DNA of 57,982 nucleotides, the filler included, from Asterionella formosa (Eukaryota): assembly GCA_002256025.1 (NCBI GenBank). It is 5 parts of 5 records of this genome, joined end to end, with 100 filler letters (N's around TTAATTAATTAA, not from the genome) between each part and the next. Parts side by side here need not be neighbours in the genome. Positions count along the whole stretch, not along the records: positions 11,624 to 23,139 come from NKIB01008406.1; positions 23,240 to 34,755 come from NKIB01008407.1; 3 more parts are not named here. The stretch is one strand, 5' to 3'. Each line of letters starts with the position of its first letter. The first letter of the stretch is position 1. The position numbers and the translations under genes were made by a program. Of the stretch, positions 12,009 through 25,797 are shown in pieces. Below the pieces are notes generated by a model. That model had not been told where the DNA came from. It worked only from the letters and a program-made list of their open reading frames with translations, and searched no databases.

Positions 12009-13491
12009 TATCTGATCAATTATGTCCTTGATTAATGAGGTAATCAAAGACGTCATGATGTCAAAGATGAAGCAGCTGATGACAGCAGTGTTTAGAACTT
12101 CATTTTCCTCTTTCATTTAGCTCAACAAGAAGATTCATACAAAAAATCGAAGGTTCACATGGCAATAGTATGAAAGAATATCATGATTATATCACATCGA
12201 AAAGCTAAGTCATCTTAATTAAACTATCAAATTTAGCATTGCTATCTATGATTTTACAGGCCAGCGACCCGACGTCTCTCTCTACTTGGCTCAATGTATA
12301 TTGTTTCTCGCGCTTTCCTTCCTCTATTCTGAAGCATGTGTGAGACAGTGCTAACTAATGGTTGCGACTCTTTTCCTGATGTTAGTGTCACTCTGAACTC
12401 GCCGACTATTCTGTTGTTTAATTGGTTTTATTGTCCATTGCATGCAGTTACAGTAACAATGAGAAGGAATGATTTGTTAGCTAGTCATGTTACATTGACA
12501 CAAGAACACGCAATTCCATCGTATCCTCTTGCTTCACTTACCACAAATCAATGCAACTGATGCATAAGTCTGTTATAGTAACTTGTCAGTAAATTCTTGA
12601 ATAAGTAAGTTTCGGTTATTCAATGTTGTCGAATAAAACTTACCCGTTCATTTTTGTCAGCTTAACTTTGAGTGAAGGTAAACGTCTTGTCAGTTTTGTT
12701 CCAACAGAAGTGAATAGGTCCAACGAGCGACAAGAGCACTTACGCAATTTGGTTTTGTTTTACATTGGTGCTTAACAACAAGCGAAACGAGCTGTTGAAC
12801 CAACTGAGAAAAAAGGAAATGTGGCTGCATTTAGTTAACAATTTGTTGTTGTGCTGCCTGTCTCCCAACGATTGTCATCCAAGTATTACATTGATGGCTT
12901 CATTACCTTAAACATTCTCCATGCTTCGAAAACGCATTGTGTCGAAGTCACAATGTTTTTCGTTATGTATTGCGTAAACTTTCTTTTCTTGTCATGTGCT
13001 TTACTACAACGTATCTTTTCATGAAGCAGCAGGCATGGTTTGTTAACATGACAGAACGATTTCAAAAATATATATGCCATGTATATAGTAATAAAATTTG
13101 TAAATATATATATATATATTAAGCGTTGGACATTTATAAAATTCAAAGGCGCTCTCGATATGGAACATCTGATAGGGTTGAGATGGCCATACTCGCATAT
13201 ACATAATTCGAAAATACTCAATGCACTAAATGTCCATTGTTTTCCACGACTACGTGTACCGGTATTATCTCTGAAATTTGTTTGCATCGATATTTTCTAC
13301 GTCCGTTGAAACTAATTACATAGACCATTCAATTGGTGTAAGTCATAACCGCAAGGGTTTTGGTAGCAAATTGTTTAAGCCCCTTTTTTGGCGGGAGCTC
13401 TTCATGTGTACTGATGCATCATATGACAATAACAATATATCATATATATACACAGAATACCAGTAACAGGTAGTAAGTGATATACTGGGGG

Positions 13492-13893
13492 TAGTCGGAG
13501 TAGTAAACTAGTAACAGAACACCATATGTTCAGGACTGTTGCTACTGCAGTTGGACAGTAAATCATCATAATTTTAGGATCATATGATTGTAAAACTAAA
13601 AACCAATAGAACACCATATGTTCAGGACTGTTGCTACTGCAGTGGGACAGTAAATCATCACAGTTTTAGGATCCTATGATCGTAAAACTAAAAATCAATA
13701 GAACACCATATGTTCAGGACTGTTGCTACTGCAGTGGGACAGTCAATCATCATAGTTTTAGGATCGTATGATCGTAAAACTAAAAACCAATAGTCGGAGT
13801 AATAAGCAAGCAACAGAACACCATATGTCTATGACTGCTGCTACTGCAGCGGGACAGTAAAGCATCATAGTATCAGGATCGTATAATCGTAAA
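13492..13893. repeat. Tandem array, four copies of a ~92-bp unit
   Basis: Units beginning agaacaccatatgt at 13516, 13608, 13700 and 13815; there are no unique spacers. Confidence 0.95.
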
Positions 13894-13999
13894 ATTTATA
13901 ACAAGATATGCTATTACTCATACTCGGTTTTGATTTTGTTTATGATAATGTAAATAGCACTGTTGGTCTTATGGTATCATCATATGTAGACAGCCTAAA

Positions 14000-16019
14000 A
14001 TATTATTTGTAGTGGCTGATGATTCATTTCATTGTAACTAGCAACACCTGAATGTAAGATCATCGAACTTTAAGGAAGACAACGACAACAGTTATCTAGT
14101 AGTACAATGTCTTGAAGAAACCATAAAGAGGTTCATGGAAGCACGCGACATGTGGCCAATACTGCCGGTATGGAACAAAGAAGCAAGTTCCAAAATGAGT
14201 CAATAAAAAAAAGCGAACAGGCGATTATCCAAAGCAACCCAATCGGCGATTGGGAGACGTTGGGGGTAATACCCAATCATCGATGCATACACCATCAGCT
14301 ACTAGTACAAAGGATCCCGTAATTGATACTGAGAGCAATGATGACGTTTTTACTTCAGTTATTGATACAAGAAAATTGGCTCCTGTCGATGATACCATTA
14401 ATAACTCCCGAATGGTGCAGATGGATGACATGGAACCATATCATAAATTTCTAATTGCACAGACCAACAAGTAAATGGCAATCTGAGGGAAAATTTTTTT
14501 GCACTTGCCAAAGGATATTATCAATTGATCAATGAACTCAATCACTACAAAGGTCGTAATTCGGTTCAAGACTCCTTGTCTATACTAAGTTATCAAGACT
14601 CTTCAATTTCAGCAGCCTTATCACAACGTCGTTCTCGCTTAGCTAAAATTGAACTGATCCATCAATTGTCACAAAGGTTGTGAGTTTTATTTTCAAGACC
14701 AAGAAGTTTGCTGTGAACATGTAAGTTTGATGTTATAATGTGTAATTTGCAGGTACTGTAAAACAGAATATCAATCTAATGTGCTTTTTTCTGGTCGCAA
14801 AAGAGAATCAAACATCCCGCCCTCCTGCCTATCTGGTCCAAGTAGTATGAAAGGCATTTCCAATCACAAACAGGAATGGTTTGCCCAATGTTGATCTGCC
14901 TAACTCGGCTATACACAGTGAAACCGGAGTTAGGCAAAGAAGTGGAGAGTGACCCAGAGCTTGCCGATTTCATATGGAATAGTTCTGATGCACTACTTCC
15001 AATGAATCAGACCATTGAATGTACCAACAAGGCACGTTTAGATTACATCAAATCATCATTTGGTGGCATGTGCATTAAAAAGTTGAGAGAATGTCAGAAT
15101 GTATTGAATAATCTATTTAAAGGAATCTTAGGTAAGTTGCTTCTTGCAGGGAGATGCTCCGAAAGCATGATGTTTTGAGTCGGTGATTATATTCTTATTA
15201 AATATGTTTAAATTTAAAAAAAAATTCATGACAAACCAGCTGGTCTAACAGAATATAGCTGACTTCCAGACTATGGATATTGATGACTTTATTAGGTGGG
15301 CGTTGACGCTTTATCATTTTGCGCAGTCAAAGGACATTGACAGGGGAAGCCATGGATACCAAGTCTGGCGTGATATTCTTGCTCCGGTGTAGCTATTTTA
15401 TAGGCAGGACAAGCCGTGGAGAACCATTTTTAACAGGAGACAAATCTGGTGTGACCAAGCTAAATTTCAACTCAGTCTTCGGGCACAGTGTGAATTGCAA
15501 TCACGTTTTGTTGGTTCGCTGATCAATGCCAGTACAGAAGCATTTTGCTTCTTGGTTTTGAAAGGAAAATTCCGATTGCAACAAAAATATTTGGGTTTCA
15601 ATCCAGATACCCATGAAATTTCAGAGAACGATATTCGTCATTCTACCGATTTTGTCGACATTGGTGGGAAACCACTTATTAAAAAAATTGTGAGGGAAGA
15701 AAAATCAGTTTCTAATGGTCTCACTGATCAATGGACTGATGATATTGATTTACTTGTTTATTATAGTAAGGAAATCTACACTGGACTTTCACAAAAGAAT
15801 CGATCTAAATATGGAAGGAATCCTGGTGGAATTGCTACTCCCACCACAAATATCATATACCCACACTCATACTTCTCATTTCCCAACATAAGTGAAGAGA
15901 ATATGCATCAATTTGTTGAATCACTTCAACCAAATGTTCCTGAGAAGAATATTGATTACATTGACCGCATTAATCAACAATGGGACATTGATGACAATGT
16001 TGATTTTGAATGGATCTAA
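14000..16019 (+). pseudogene. Decayed intron-containing ORF of unknown function upstream of the transposase (probable accessory gene)
   Basis: Consecutive + strand ORF fragments (14250, 14876, 15495-16019) with GT-AG intron-like segments (~14677/14680-14752 and 15132-15258, the latter with CTAAC). Start boundary approximate. Confidence 0.45.
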
Positions 16020-16299
16020 TAGAATCCAATGCATACTTAGTAGTTACATAATAGTTATAGTTAGTGTGAGACTTCTACAAATTCAAGCCATATCATAGAT
16101 GATAGGAAAACATTGATTCTGCTCTATACTACTATTACTATTAGTGCCGTCTGTACTAGCTATATGTAGCGGTATACCTCCATATTTACTACTATGGAGG
16201 AGTGATAATTTCACGACTCTGTATTGTCCAGCACAGCATGTTGGAGGTGGTGCTGGATTTATTATTATATGTTAATTCATTTTCATTCTATCCTTTTTA

Positions 16300-19200
16300 T
16301 ATCCTGACTTGGTCATCATTTGCAATTTGCAATGTCTTTGCGGACATCGCAATGGTGTTATCTGTGTAACTACAAATTTCGGAAGAACAAATCCCATCTG
16401 AGTCTCACAATCGAAATTGTAGCAACCGTGTTTATTATGTATATGGTCACTGTCGACATTGCATGCAGGAACATCGAGTTCCTGGAATACATAGTGAAAC
16501 TATGTATTGCGGTAGTGCATCTAATCATTCAAGGAAAGAAGTTACCAATGGCAGTGTAACTGCTGCAGCATTTAGGGAGATTATACAAGAAGAGATTATG
16601 TGTCCTATTCTTTAATCAAGTGACCACAATCATCCATTTCATGACAACAGCGATGATTCAGTTTATAAAAATATTCAGTCACAACAGGACGAACAATTGA
16701 GACTAAAAACTCTCCAAGGATTGAATTCAGAAACCATGCAATATTCAGATTTTCAAGATCGCACCGGCTTTTTTCCTGAAAATGCAATGGAAATGCCCCT
16801 TCCTCCTCAATTTCAACTTCCAAGTAAACATTCTCTGAACATGCATCCAATTGAATTAGAACTCCTGTTATTCCTCAACAAGAATTACCTACCTTCCACC
16901 AGTTTACTTTGATCATCTAATGAAATGGCTGTTCAAGGCAAAAGCAATGAAATATTTTGATGGAAGGTAGCTATCATCAAGCTCCATCCTACCAGACTTT
17001 GAAAAAACGCATGGATATTTCATTTCCACCAACATTAGCTGGTGGTCAACTGTTGACCAAACAAATACAGATTGATAACAATTCAAACATTGTCATCCCA
17101 CGCACACTCCATTAGTTCGAACCAGTACAGCTCATGGCAGGATTGCTATGCGATTCCAATATCATGCAACATTTTGTATGTCACCCACAAGTGAAACTTA
17201 CAACTTGTGGAGAACGCATGCATATATGACGAAGTAGCTTCTGCGACTTGGTTTGAAAATGCATTCAACAATTCTCCTGCATCAGAAAATGAACTGTTAA
17301 AGACAGGGTGTTTATTTGTTGTCCTAGCAGTTTTCAGTGATGGTTCACCTATTGATAAACAAATGAAACATTCCGAGCATCCATTTTTATTGACAATGTT
17401 AAACTTAAAGTTAGAAGGAAGGAAAAAAGTTGATGGATGGCAATTGGTATGCATCTCTTTTGCCAGACATTGAATTCAGTGATCTGGAGAAACAAATGAA
17501 TAATAAGTTGTTATCTGGTGACGACTTGTCCTTATGTCGACTCAAATTATATTATTCTGTTACAAGATTTCTATTGTCGCCTGGCGTTCGAAGATCCAAA
17601 CAAGTCATACGATATTTGGGTTCATGGTCTTGGTGTGACAAAAGTTTATTTCCAGATTGGAATGATCATTGGTGATACAGAAGAACACAATTAAATTTGT
17701 CGCTTCAGGGGTGGTAATGGATTATTTCGACCATATGTTTGTCGTGATTGCCTGGCTGGTTTCAAATGAGGATGCTGATAATCCTGATATCAGATGCGAA
17801 CGTCGTAAAGTGTCAGATGTTAAAATGTTTTTAAACAAATTTCTTGACAAAAATGCATATCCCAATGGAAAATTACCATGTATCCCACCTGAGTATTCTG
17901 TCTCCCAATCTAATGGCAAATACGCAACAGCAAACGAGTGGTGCCGTGTTATATCGCATAATCCTATTATGCCTGCACTAATAAATCATTTTTTTGGTGG
18001 TGACTTAGAAGGATTATTTGGTGCAACTCCATTTGAGGTTCTTCATCAATTACTACTCGGAATTACTAAGTACATTTTGGAATCTTTGTACAATTATCGG
18101 ACTATCCCTGAAGAATGGACATGTTTTTTTTAAGAAAGAAAATCTCAAGATATTCCAGAAAACATCTCCGATCATATACGTAACACTGAAACAACAGACT
18201 CTGCTTTTCTTGATCAAGAGCAACCGAAGAAACGGGAAAAAACCAAAAAGGAGCGACACATGCACCAGTTATCAATAATATCTACACTGGCAAAAATCAA
18301 GACCCAACACTTGTACCAGCACCAGAAGTGTTTCCGAAACTATACTTCGAACAAAGTGGCTGCTAGATATATGAATAGTCATTTGGAAAGGCAAAGCGAT
18401 CGTGATATTCCAAATTTTTCATACAGATCTGGGATGACAGCTTTGTCGAAAATGTCAGGGCAAGAAATTCCCGGATTATGTCTGTTAACATGTTTTTCAA
18501 TAGCTGGAATGATGGGCGGGTTCAGAGAACATGCACCTAGAAAAGGATTTCACATTGCTGTCATGGTTATGTATATCTTATGGTTATGTATATTTATCAA
18601 TGACACTTTATTCATACCACAATATACATCAACATGTATTGATATTTTACAGGAAAGGGTGAAGAGATTTATGTCAGTTACTAAGATTATGATTGGTCCC
18701 CAACGGGAAATGATATCTCAAATTGGCTTACGAATGGCAAAATTTCATGGAGTGAAACATTACCCTCATCTGATTAGGAAGTTCGCTCTGATCTCCACTG
18801 AATTTCTTTGGTGGACATTTGGAGTCTTTTTTGAAAGACAAATTGAAACGAGCAACCCAGTAAGCGTGTCAACGGACAATTACATCGATTAAAGCATGAC
18901 ATTTTAACAAGGTCATATGAAACAAGGCAGTTTGCCTTGGCACGAAAAATGCGTTTTGTAAGTGATTCATTACATACAGAAAACAAACAAAAGAAGATGA
19001 GTAGAGAAAATACCATCAATGTAACTGAGGGTATTTCAACAGAAATTGATTTCGAAGGAATGATTCCGGATACAGTGATGTTGCCTAGTGAGTCGCCTGA
19101 AAATTTGGGAATATCGCCTACCAAGATCCATTCACCAGCCCTTCCTGCTAAAGTTCAATTTTCTGCTTCATCATCAAATAGTCTATGCACTAAAGCAAGT

Positions 19201-19890
19201 GTCCCTAATAAGATTGTGCATGTATCACGGAGTAAGGATGCGCCCTTGTCTCAATTTTGCACCCTTGTCTCAATTGGTTCATCCTGATTTACCGAAGGGG
19301 GCCAACTACGTAAAGAGCATTGCGAATTCAGCAATAGAAATAGCAAGAATTAAAAGTCGTGAAGATGGGGTTGGGCCTGTTTTCATTGTCAGGATTGACT
19401 TTTATTATCATGTGAAAATTGAAAGTAACGTTCTCGGCCAAACTAATATTTTTAGATGCCATCCGAAATGGAATAATGATTCAAAGGCAGGAATCTCTGC
19501 TCGTGAATGGTTTGACTGGGTCGAAGTGAACTGGAAGAAGGGAGATGAATCAAGTTCCTACACAGTTCCTGCAAAACCTTTTTGTCAATTTTGATGCATC
19601 CAGAAATTTGGCCAAGAGGTGCATGATTATAACATTTGAAGGGAGCAATTTTTTCATTACTTTGTTGTATCATGGATTTTACGTAGACAACTTCATCCTT
19701 CTTGAAAGAAGAGTTGCAAGGAACTCGTCCAAATACTTCGTTCAACATTTTTAAATCTAAATAGGATGTCATAATTTTGTCGATACAAAATTGAAGAACA
19801 GTTATTTCCATCTGAAACGTATTCTATCGAGAATTTGTCGTTGTCACTTGAGGCCAAGCTGTTCCAAGATGAAAGTATGTTGACTTGGTT
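16300..19890 (+). mobile_element. Plavaka-type (CACTA/Transposase_21-related) transposase pseudogene
   Basis: Ordered motifs: N-terminal CxxC; VLAVFSDG..HSEHPFLLTMLNL..RKK..W.L..LP; IIGDTEEH; GATPFEVLHQLLLG; RQSDRD; KFHGVKHYPHLIRKF; FRCHP; WFDWVEVNW. Many frameshifts and stops. Confidence 0.78.
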
Positions 19891-19896
19891 GGTGGG

Positions 19897-20960
19897 TCAG
19901 ATGTAATGGATAAAAAAACGTCTGTTCGATCTGTTGCATATCACCTGACGTTTTAAAGCTTTCCAGGACTCAGTCTCCAAACGGAAATGTGCCCGTTTGC
20001 CAAGAAATTTGGTTTTTCCATTCCTTTCTAATTGCAATAGAGTTTCCAACACTTTCACAATTGTAAAAGGTCCACATGACCAGCCACTGTCATCTTCTGG
20101 TTGAAATAACATTGAATCATGCATTTTCAGTGGCCACACTGATCTGCAATGGTGCTTTGGTGCCAGTAAAGAAAGATTCCGAGAACCCAATTGCTTCAGG
20201 TATATGGGATTCTTGTGGAAGATAGCTATACTGTATCGGTGCATAACAATTCCAATTCTTTTCTGCATCCGGGGATGATGCAGTACTTACGGGCAAGGTG
20301 AAATACTTTATCATAATGCATCTTTTCCTGGGTCATGGACTTGACATAATCCATCATTTATAGCAAAAAGATAATGCACAAAATGATTGTTTTCCTCCTC
20401 ATCTAATCTTTTGCAATACAAAATTAGCACATAGTTACTTTCGTGATGAAGTGGATGACAATCACCTTGGTATATATATATATGGATTGTTATTACCCTT
20501 TTCTGGGTTCTCATCCAGATCAAATATAACCTTTACATCACTTGGATGAAGTTCATGAATTATATATTGGATCATAGAGGTAATTGTTTCAAGGTCCGCC
20601 CCCAATATGCCATCGCTCATTAATAGCAAAAAGATAATACACAAAATGATTGTTTCCTCCTCGTCTGATCTTTTGCAATACACAACTAGCAAATAGTTAC
20701 TTTCGTGATGAAGTGGATGATAATCACCTAGGTGTATATATGGATTGTTTTTACCCTTTTCTGGGTTCTTATCCAGATCAAATATAACCTTTACATCACT
20801 TGGATGAAGTTCATGAATTATATAAAGGATCATAGAGCAAGGTAATTGTTTTAAGGTCCCAATATGCAAGATCTTTAAAATCTGAAGATGATTTTTTGAT
20901 ACCTTTGACTCAATAAAATACAGAGGCGTAATTGCATACATCTTGTGGGTTACGAGTGTA
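19897..20960 (-). pseudogene. Ulp1/C48-like protease pseudogene, copy B, convergent on the transposase
   Basis: EEENNHFVHYLFAINDGLCQVHDPG and MLFQPEDDSGWSCGPF; fragmented, with the His-containing segment duplicated. Confidence 0.6.
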
Positions 20961-22702
20961 AAACTCTTTCCACAATTTTAGTTGTCCATGCGATTTCGGC
21001 AAACACAAGGAAAATGCCGTTTGCTTTGGCATAATAACTCTACACATTTCACATGCCGACTTTTCACAAAAGTAGGCTAGCTGCCTTCTGGATTGTTTTC
21101 AATTATTTTACAAAGAAATTCTTTTTCTTCCATGTATGATTTGGAAAAAGATTCTGACTTTGTTCCTGACTGAGAGCATCAACTGCCTTATCCTGTATCA
21201 CATCTCTGTCTGCATTGATCTTCTTGAATTCGATGTCTTGATCTAGCTCAGACTTTTTCTTGAATATCGGTTCTTTTAGAAATGCAATAGTGCAATAGTT
21301 TCTCTGCTTTCATGATGTTCATCTTGATGTTCTGGACGGATAGTGAGATATGTTTCTTGGTTTTGCAACTTTTCAACCATTTCTACTTCTGAAGTGATGT
21401 CTGCCACATTTCCGCCGATATTTTCATTCATCGCATGATTTTTTTCATCAAATGAATGATAATCACTGATTTCTTCTTAATTATTAGCAATTTTAGGAGA
21501 ATGAGCAAAATACGACACTGGATGGTGGAGCAATCTTTCCTTCTTTTCAATCTCAGCCACTATTGTATCGGTTGGCATACTTGCTTCATTATTTTTTCTG
21601 GAGTATTATGAATCTGTTCAAATTCATTTGATCTTTGAGTGTATTCAAATGAGCAAATATTCGATTGATTTCATATGTTTCTTCATCTTCTTTTCCGAAA
21701 ACATAAAGTCGTGTAGCGTAAACAATGGAAGTAAGTCTCGTTTCTTGTTTGACTGATCCTTTCCATGAAATCCAGCAAATGCCATTTGGAAAATTGTCAA
21801 AGGGCCAGAAGACTATGATGTAAAACAATGGAAGGGAAACGCGGAGCTTTTTGCGGCGCTTGTGGAGGTGCAACTGGTGTGATGGTAACTGAGTGTAGTA
21901 ATTGCTGAACAGAGCACAGTGTAATATGCATGTTCCGCCAGCGTAGTGTTTACACAATACACATGCCGGCATATATATAGCTAAAACAACGAAAGACGAC
22001 ACGACAATGAACGTGATGGCTGCTTGTTGAGGATACCGGTAGGTAAAATGCATCAATCCATGACACAAATCATATTATAGTGATGTACATATCAATGCAA
22101 CCGTATACTTAGAACCTATCCACTGTATAATACTATCATATTAACTGTTGACTTTAACTGTATACATTAAACGACACACATATATATTAATTTACATACT
22201 TTATGATTGCTTGATTTATTTTCTATGATGTCTTGGTAACTCTTGCGTACATATTTTATCGTATTATATTGTCATTGTACTATTTTTACATAATCATATT
22301 TTATCGTATTATATTGTCATTGTACTATTTTTACATAATCATATTTTATCGTATTATATTGTCATTGTACTATTTTTACATAATCATATTTTGATCAAGA
22401 TTATATCAAAAACATTTGATAAAATCATCATAGTTCTATTAGTTCTATGATCAATGTATCATAGCTATGTGATGTACTTTATTCAATATTACGTATCATA
22501 CTTTGGTGATGTATGCATCGATATAACCCTATCATGATATCACATTATCATCTTATCAATCATGATGAGATGATTGGGAAGCAACTGTATTCTGCATCGT
22601 GCTACAGGGTATATTATTATATCACGCACTTTAGTAGCTAAGTCACTCCGCCTGTAATGTACAAAAGTTGACAGTGCACCTACACACACGCTAATCAGGT
22701 TT
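19905..22702 (-). repeat. Dispersed repeat copy B (homolog of 183-2680)
   Basis: Reverse-complement alignment to contig 1; contains internal duplications at 20355-20867 (~260 bp x2) and 22250-22392. Confidence 0.93.
22250..22392. repeat. Perfect tandem repeat, 45 bp x3
   Basis: catattttatcgtattatattgtcattgtactatttttacataat at 22250, 22295 and 22340; single copy in the contig 1 homolog. Confidence 0.95.
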
Positions 22703-23139
22703 GAGGCAACGGACAGTGGCTGGTTCCAACGAGCGAATGACGATACTAGGAGTACCAATTTTTCTAGTGGCAAACCGCAATGATAAAAAGAACTTGTCTC
22801 TCTATTGATAAGGAGGATGACATGGACACCGACTTTTCCAGGAGCAAACAACAATGAAGAGACCCACTTGTCGCTCTATTGATGGTAACAAAGATGCGGA
22901 CAAGTTCAACAGTGAATACAAGAACAACATACCAATGAAAACAAGTCGACAGTGTGTGTACGCACACGCCAAGCAGGTTTGAGGCAATGGACAATTCCAA
23001 CAAGCAAATGACGGTGCAGATATCATATTTTTCCTAAGAGCAAACAACAATGAAAAGAGCCACTTGCTTTCGCTCTCTTGATGGTATCAAAGATGCGGAC
23101 AAGTTCAATAGTTAATTCAAGTACAGTATGCCAAATGCA

Positions 23140-23239
23140 NNNNNNNNNNNNNNNNNNNNNNNNNNNNNNNNNNNNNNNNNNNNTTAATTAATTAANNNNN
23201 NNNNNNNNNNNNNNNNNNNNNNNNNNNNNNNNNNNNNNN
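23140..23239. other. Artificial contig linker
   Basis: Same N44-TTAATTAATTAA-N44 structure. Confidence 0.98.
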
Positions 23240-23882
23240 CATATATACTGGTAAACACTGGAGCAAATTTGTCGTTGTGGGATAAAGAATGAAATGTGGA
23301 AATGTCTGAGAAGCGTTTACGGTTATTCATCCATTCTGCAACCGGTAAGCAAGGAAGCACTACCGGTACATTCATAGAGCCTGCACACCCAAGGGAGCAT
23401 TTCCGTCGTGAAATCCAACGGAAGGTACCCTGGTACCAGGTTGCTATTGTAGCGGCTAGATGGGCCGGTGAACAAGATATTTAGCTTTACCTTTTCAAGG
23501 ACTAAAACACGGTTCACCGGACCTTCCTGGGGTGTTTGGCAACATTTAATTGGTGGATGCATTTTATCTCTATGTATCATGTAGCAATGCCAACCGTGGG
23601 GGCTGATGGACCCATGATAGATAGGATTTACAGAAACTGTGGAATATGCTTATTATAGTCTTGTGAAGGATCTCATATGATAAAATAAACTCGGTTTTCG
23701 CCTCACCTATTGTTACTATCGTACTTCTCTGCACAACAAGAAAGAATACTTTTCCGTCATAGAGCCCATCATTATCAAAGCCTAGATTGCAAACTGTCGC
23801 CACTCTGTCTTGTGTGAAGTTTCACAGAATACACAATTGCTGTTTTGGGGAAAGCAAAAGAAGGGAATCAGCAAAAACGTAT

Positions 23883-25651
23883 ATGCAGCCCGCAACTACC
23901 AAGGTGGGAGAATCAGATCAACTTCAGCCACCAAGTCAAGTGGGCTTGATCACCATGCCAAAAACAGTTCGATCAGTCATGCCAATCAAGTCTGGTTTTG
24001 AATCGTCTGACGATACTAATATAAGTTCACCACCAATACCTTACCAAAGGGAGGTGAACTGGACCATGGAAACAATAAGTTCACCACCAATACCTTACCA
24101 AAGGGAGGTGAACTGGAACATAGAAACAATATTTGAATACAGCGATCATCCAGACATGACGAGTATACTGCTTCATGACGATGATGAGGAGGAGGCAACG
24201 ATACAGAAGAGTCATCACTTGGAGGTTCTGTGTAACAATCATACCGACGAGATTGTTGAGACACCATCCAATCGCTCAAGATGGAAGTGTATCCTTGTTG
24301 TCGGATTTAACCTCGCACTTGCTTTGATTGGCATGGCAACTTTTTTGGGTGTGTCTGCTAGTCAAAGTTTTCAAGCATCGGAAACGACGGGAGAATCTTG
24401 TGCCTTTCTAACGAACGAGCAAACACCAAATGTACAGATGCAATGTGCCTGCTATGGTGAAATCACTGTCATTTCAAATGCTACTTTGGCTCGTTATGAA
24501 TTGATGCAAAGCGCTCTGGGTATCGTTACAACCCATCACGTAACATCATGCGAGCCACAGAATGTTGCGTTGTTGATGTTGGCGACAAATGATACGTCTC
24601 AAAGCAGTGACCTTACTCTTTTGAACCGGTATGTTTTGAGTGTTCTCTATCTCGCCATGGGAGGGATAAATTGGTCGCATAACAATGGGTGGTTCGAATT
24701 GGATGGGGCGTGCACATGTTGTTACTTCGGCGTGACCTGCGATGGCCACAATGTGGTAGGTATCGACTTGCAAAACAATAATCTCGACGGTTCAATTCCA
24801 TCCGAGCTAGGACTATTGACTACATTGATGATATTGAATCTAGCAAGAAACAATGGAATCAGTGGGAAGTTACCAACAGAGCTCGGGCATCTAACAAGTC
24901 TGGTTCATTTATCTCTTGTCCATAATAGCTTGACAGGCCCAATTCCACCTCAGTTTGGACAACTGACGGCACTGCAAAGCCTTGATGTGGCGTTCAATTA
25001 TCTATCTTCTGCGATGCCAAGTGAACTTGGCATACTTACTGAGCTTGAAACGTTCAGGATTTATTCCAACTCCTTATCTGGACGCATCCCCCTCGAGCTC
25101 GGAAATCTCACAAAATTGAAAAGGTTTGACATTGGCCAAAATAAGTTGAAACATAATGGCCCCTTGCCCATTTGGCATGTTTCCACATTGCGGCAACTGG
25201 ATGCACAAAACTGCGGAATTACTGGGAGTCTACCAAAGGTACAATTGGGTCACATGACCTCCTTGACCGAGTTATATATGGGATTCAATTCCATAACAGG
25301 GAGCATTCCATCCGAACTTTTTCAGTTGACTGCGTTGGGATCCTAAGTTTGCCTGTGAACCAGTTACAAGGGACGTTGCCAAATGACATGGCTAAGTGCT
25401 CAAGTCTTACCGAGGTTCAATTGTCCATAAATTCCTTGACTGGGACGATTCCAAATGATATGAATCTAAGTCATCTTGTCAAGTTAGATCTCAAGTCCAA
25501 CAATCTTTCAGGTTCCATAAGTGATGATCTCTGTAGACTTCGAATGAGTGGGTCACTCTCATTTCTGCGAACAGATTGTGCTGCAAATGGGAATGGTGAG
25601 ATCAAGGTAACTTGCCCCTATCCAAACTGTTGCACAATGTGCGATTTTTGA
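23883..25651 (+). CDS. Type II membrane leucine-rich-repeat protein (plant-type LRR, receptor-like) with one frameshift near 25337
   Basis: TM segment ILVVGFNLALALIGMATFLGV; LRR cap RYVLSVLYLAMGG.NW..W..C.YFGVTC; repeated LxLxxNxLxGxIPxELG units; C-terminal CPYPNCCTMC in ORF 25172-25651. First in-frame ATG at 23883. Confidence 0.9.
24021..24131 (+). repeat. In-frame 54-bp tandem duplication (ISSPPIPYQREVNWxxET x2)
   Basis: Units start at 24021 and 24075. Confidence 0.95.
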
Positions 25652-25797
25652 ATTCAATAATACCGGTAGTTGCACAAGGGTGTGTTTATGTGGAGGTGTA
25701 TTGATGTATATTACTTTACTTAGCGCAGTGGCTATTGTCCACTAGTAGTTTCTCACAGTCAATGTATTATTAATAGCCTACCTGTATTGGCTATTGC

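Noticed and set aside
13492..13893. CRISPR-like array
   Set aside because: Whole units repeat with no unique spacers, no cas genes are present, and the context is eukaryotic.
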